The notes beneath the pieces were generated by a model. It did not search any database. It was not told the DNA's origin and saw only the letters and a list, made by a program, of their open reading frames with translations. Source: Thermostichus sp. DRC_bins_24 (GTDB lineage: Bacteria; Cyanobacteriota; Cyanobacteriia; Thermostichales; Thermostichaceae). Taken from it: DNA of 64,000 nt. Both the position numbers and the translations under genes were made by a program. Where the stretch lies: positions 1 through 64,000 of the forward strand of contig JAUQVK010000103.1 of NCBI GenBank assembly GCA_039794845.1, in the 5' to 3' direction. Below are positions 60,821 through 64,000 of this stretch, piece after piece (position 1 is the first letter of the stretch; each line of letters begins with the position of its first letter).

Positions 60821-62872
60821 ATGCTCAGCTATCCCCCTACCCGCCCGGATCCCACGATCGTCGATGACTACCACGGCCAGAAGGTGGCGGATCCCTATCG
60901 GTGGCTGGAAGACCTTGATTCTGACGAGACGCGGGCTTGGGTGGAGGCGCAAAACCAGGTGACCTTCGACTACCTGAAGGGGATCCCGGCGCGGCAACGG
61001 CTGCAAGAGCGCTTGACCCAGTTGTGGGACTACGAAAAGTACAGCCAGCCCTTCAAAGAAGGCAACCGCTACTTTTATTTCAAAAATGACGGCCTGCAAA
61101 ATCAGAGCGTTTTGTACACCCAAAACCGCCTAGAGGAGGAGGCCAGAGTGCTGTTGGATCCCAACACCCTTTCGGAAGATGGCACGGTGGCCCTTTCGGG
61201 AATCGCCATTAGCGAAGATGGTCGCTACTTGGCCTATGGGCTCTCCAGCTCCGGCTCCGATTGGCAAGAGTGGAAGGTGCGAGAGATTGAATCCGGACAA
61301 GATCTAGCCGATCACATTCGCTGGGTGAAATTCTCGGGCGCCAGTTGGACGAAAGATGGCCAGGGCTTTTACTACAGCCGCTACGATGAGCCCGCGGAAG
61401 GCACCGAATACGAAGGAACCAATTATTTCCAAAAACTCTACTACCATCGCCTCGGCACATCCCAATCGGAAGACCTCTTGGTTTATCATCGACCCGATCA
61501 AAAGGAATGGGGATTTGGTGCCGGGGTCACCGAAGATGGGGCTTATTTGATCATCTCCGTCTGGCGAGGCACCGATCCGAAAAACCTGATCTTTTACAAA
61601 GACCTCAGGGATCCACAATCGCCCGTGGTGGAGCTGATCCGGGACTTTGAGGCGGAATACAATTTTGTCGGCAACGACGGATCCCTCTTTTGGCTCAGCA
61701 CCGACCTTAACGCGCCCCGCAGCCGTTTGGTGGCCATTGATGTTAGGCAACCTGAGCAAGTCCAGGAGGTGATCCCACAAGCGGAGGAAACCCTTCAGGG
61801 GATCAGCCTGATCAACAATCAATTTGTTGCCTTTTACCTCAAAGATGCCCATACCCAGATCAAACGTTTTGCCTTGGATGGCAGCTTTTTAGGAGAAATC
61901 CCCCTGCCAGGCTTGGGATCCGCCGGTGGATTTGGCGGCAAGCGCTACGATACCGAAACCTTTTATACCTTCACCAGCTTTACCACGCCCCCCACCATCT
62001 ACCGCTACGACTTTGCCACCGGCACGAGCACCCTTTTCCGTCAGCCCCAGGTGGACTTTGACCCGGAGGCCTATGAGGTCAAACAGGTGTTTTACACCAG
62101 CCCAGATGGCACCCGCATCCCCATGTTCATCACCCACAAGAAGGGCCTGCAACTGACGGGGGATCATCCCACGTTGCTGTACGGCTATGGGGGGTTCGGG
62201 GTGTCGTTAACCCCCAGTTTCTCCACTGGTTTGGTGGTTTGGCTGGAGATGGGCGGTGTGTACGCCCAACCCAACCTGCGGGGTGGCGGCGAATATGGGG
62301 AAGATTGGCACCAGGCGGGCACCAAACTGAACAAGCAAAAGGTGTTCGACGATTTTATTGCCGCTGCCGAGTGGTTGATCGCCAACGGCTACACCAAGGC
62401 CTCTAAGCTGGCCATTTCTGGGGGTAGCAATGGCGGCCTGCTGGTGGGGGCCTGCATGACGCAACGGCCCGACCTCTTCGCAGCAGCCCTGCCGGCGGTG
62501 GGGGTGATGGATATGCTGCGGTTTCACAAATTCACCATCGGCTGGGCCTGGATTTCCGAGTACGGATCCCCGGAAAACCCGGAAGAGTTTCAAGCGCTCT
62601 ACGCCTATTCGCCCCTGCACAACCTCAAACCGGGTACTGCCTACCCCGCCACCCTAATTACCACCGGCGACCACGACGACCGCGTTGTCCCGGCCCACAG
62701 CTTTAAGTTCGCCGCAGCCCTGCAGGCGGCCCACCAGGGATCCCAGCCCGTGTTGATCCGCATCGAAACCAAAGCGGGGCATGGAGCCGGCAAACCCACC
62801 GCCAAGATCATTGAAGAAGCCGCCGACCGCTGGGCCTTTTTGGTGCAGGTGTTGGGGATTCCGCTGGAGTGA
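60821..62872 (+). CDS. Prolyl oligopeptidase (S9A)
   Basis: DPYRWLED, YGYGGF, GGSNGG, DHDDRV and AGHG. Confidence 0.96.
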   Translation: MLSYPPTRPDPTIVDDYHGQKVADPYRWLEDLDSDETRAWVEAQNQVTFDYLKGIPARQRLQERLTQLWDYEKYSQPFKEGNRYFYFKNDGLQNQSVLYTQNRLEEEARVLLDPNTLSEDGTVALSGIAISEDGRYLAYGLSSSGSDWQEWKVREIESGQDLADHIRWVKFSGASWTKDGQGFYYSRYDEPAEGTEYEGTNYFQKLYYHRLGTSQSEDLLVYHRPDQKEWGFGAGVTEDGAYLIISVWRGTDPKNLIFYKDLRDPQSPVVELIRDFEAEYNFVGNDGSLFWLSTDLNAPRSRLVAIDVRQPEQVQEVIPQAEETLQGISLINNQFVAFYLKDAHTQIKRFALDGSFLGEIPLPGLGSAGGFGGKRYDTETFYTFTSFTTPPTIYRYDFATGTSTLFRQPQVDFDPEAYEVKQVFYTSPDGTRIPMFITHKKGLQLTGDHPTLLYGYGGFGVSLTPSFSTGLVVWLEMGGVYAQPNLRGGGEYGEDWHQAGTKLNKQKVFDDFIAAAEWLIANGYTKASKLAISGGSNGGLLVGACMTQRPDLFAAALPAVGVMDMLRFHKFTIGWAWISEYGSPENPEEFQALYAYSPLHNLKPGTAYPATLITTGDHDDRVVPAHSFKFAAALQAAHQGSQPVLIRIETKAGHGAGKPTAKIIEEAADRWAFLVQVLGIPLE

Positions 62873-62881
62873 GGATCTGGG

Positions 62882-64000
<1,119 letters not shown>

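Overview
Mostly housekeeping chromosome from a cyanobacterium, very probably a hot-spring Synechococcus (Thermostichus, OS-A/OS-B'-like). The palindrome GGGATCCC is strongly over-represented while canonical HIP1 GCGATCGC is rare, and the genes are typically cyanobacterial (rpaB, zur, DUF1825, DUF2811). Genes include divergent pncB/pncA-like NAD salvage genes with two NrtR-type operators, hisZ, ftsY, menB, cobA-hemD, cobT, clpS, rpaB, recO, deoC, pepA, cysS, an isolated atpC, treZ, a prolyl oligopeptidase and eno. A nitrogen-scavenging-like cluster (triuret-hydrolase-like gene, phosphoketolase, second cysteine hydrolase, cupin, polar-amino-acid ABC pair, Crp regulator) lies at 14-22 kb. There are two decayed IS200/IS605 loci. 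No CRISPR, rRNA or tRNA was recognised. The main non-obvious signals are: (1) a phased DnaA-box cluster at 38.6-38.9 kb, a candidate oriC with no dnaA/dnaN nearby; (2) a modular TA-flanked MITE family with at least five copies, one supplying the treZ stop codon, plus a second ~50-bp dispersed repeat; (3) a structured ~230-nt leader whose long-range helix ends right at a tnpB start codon; (4) a stand-alone MshEN/coiled-coil protein, a candidate c-di-GMP receptor; (5) short tandem duplications that frameshift five chromosomal genes including cysS, more likely an assembly artefact than biology. All calls come from reading the sequence; no searches were run.
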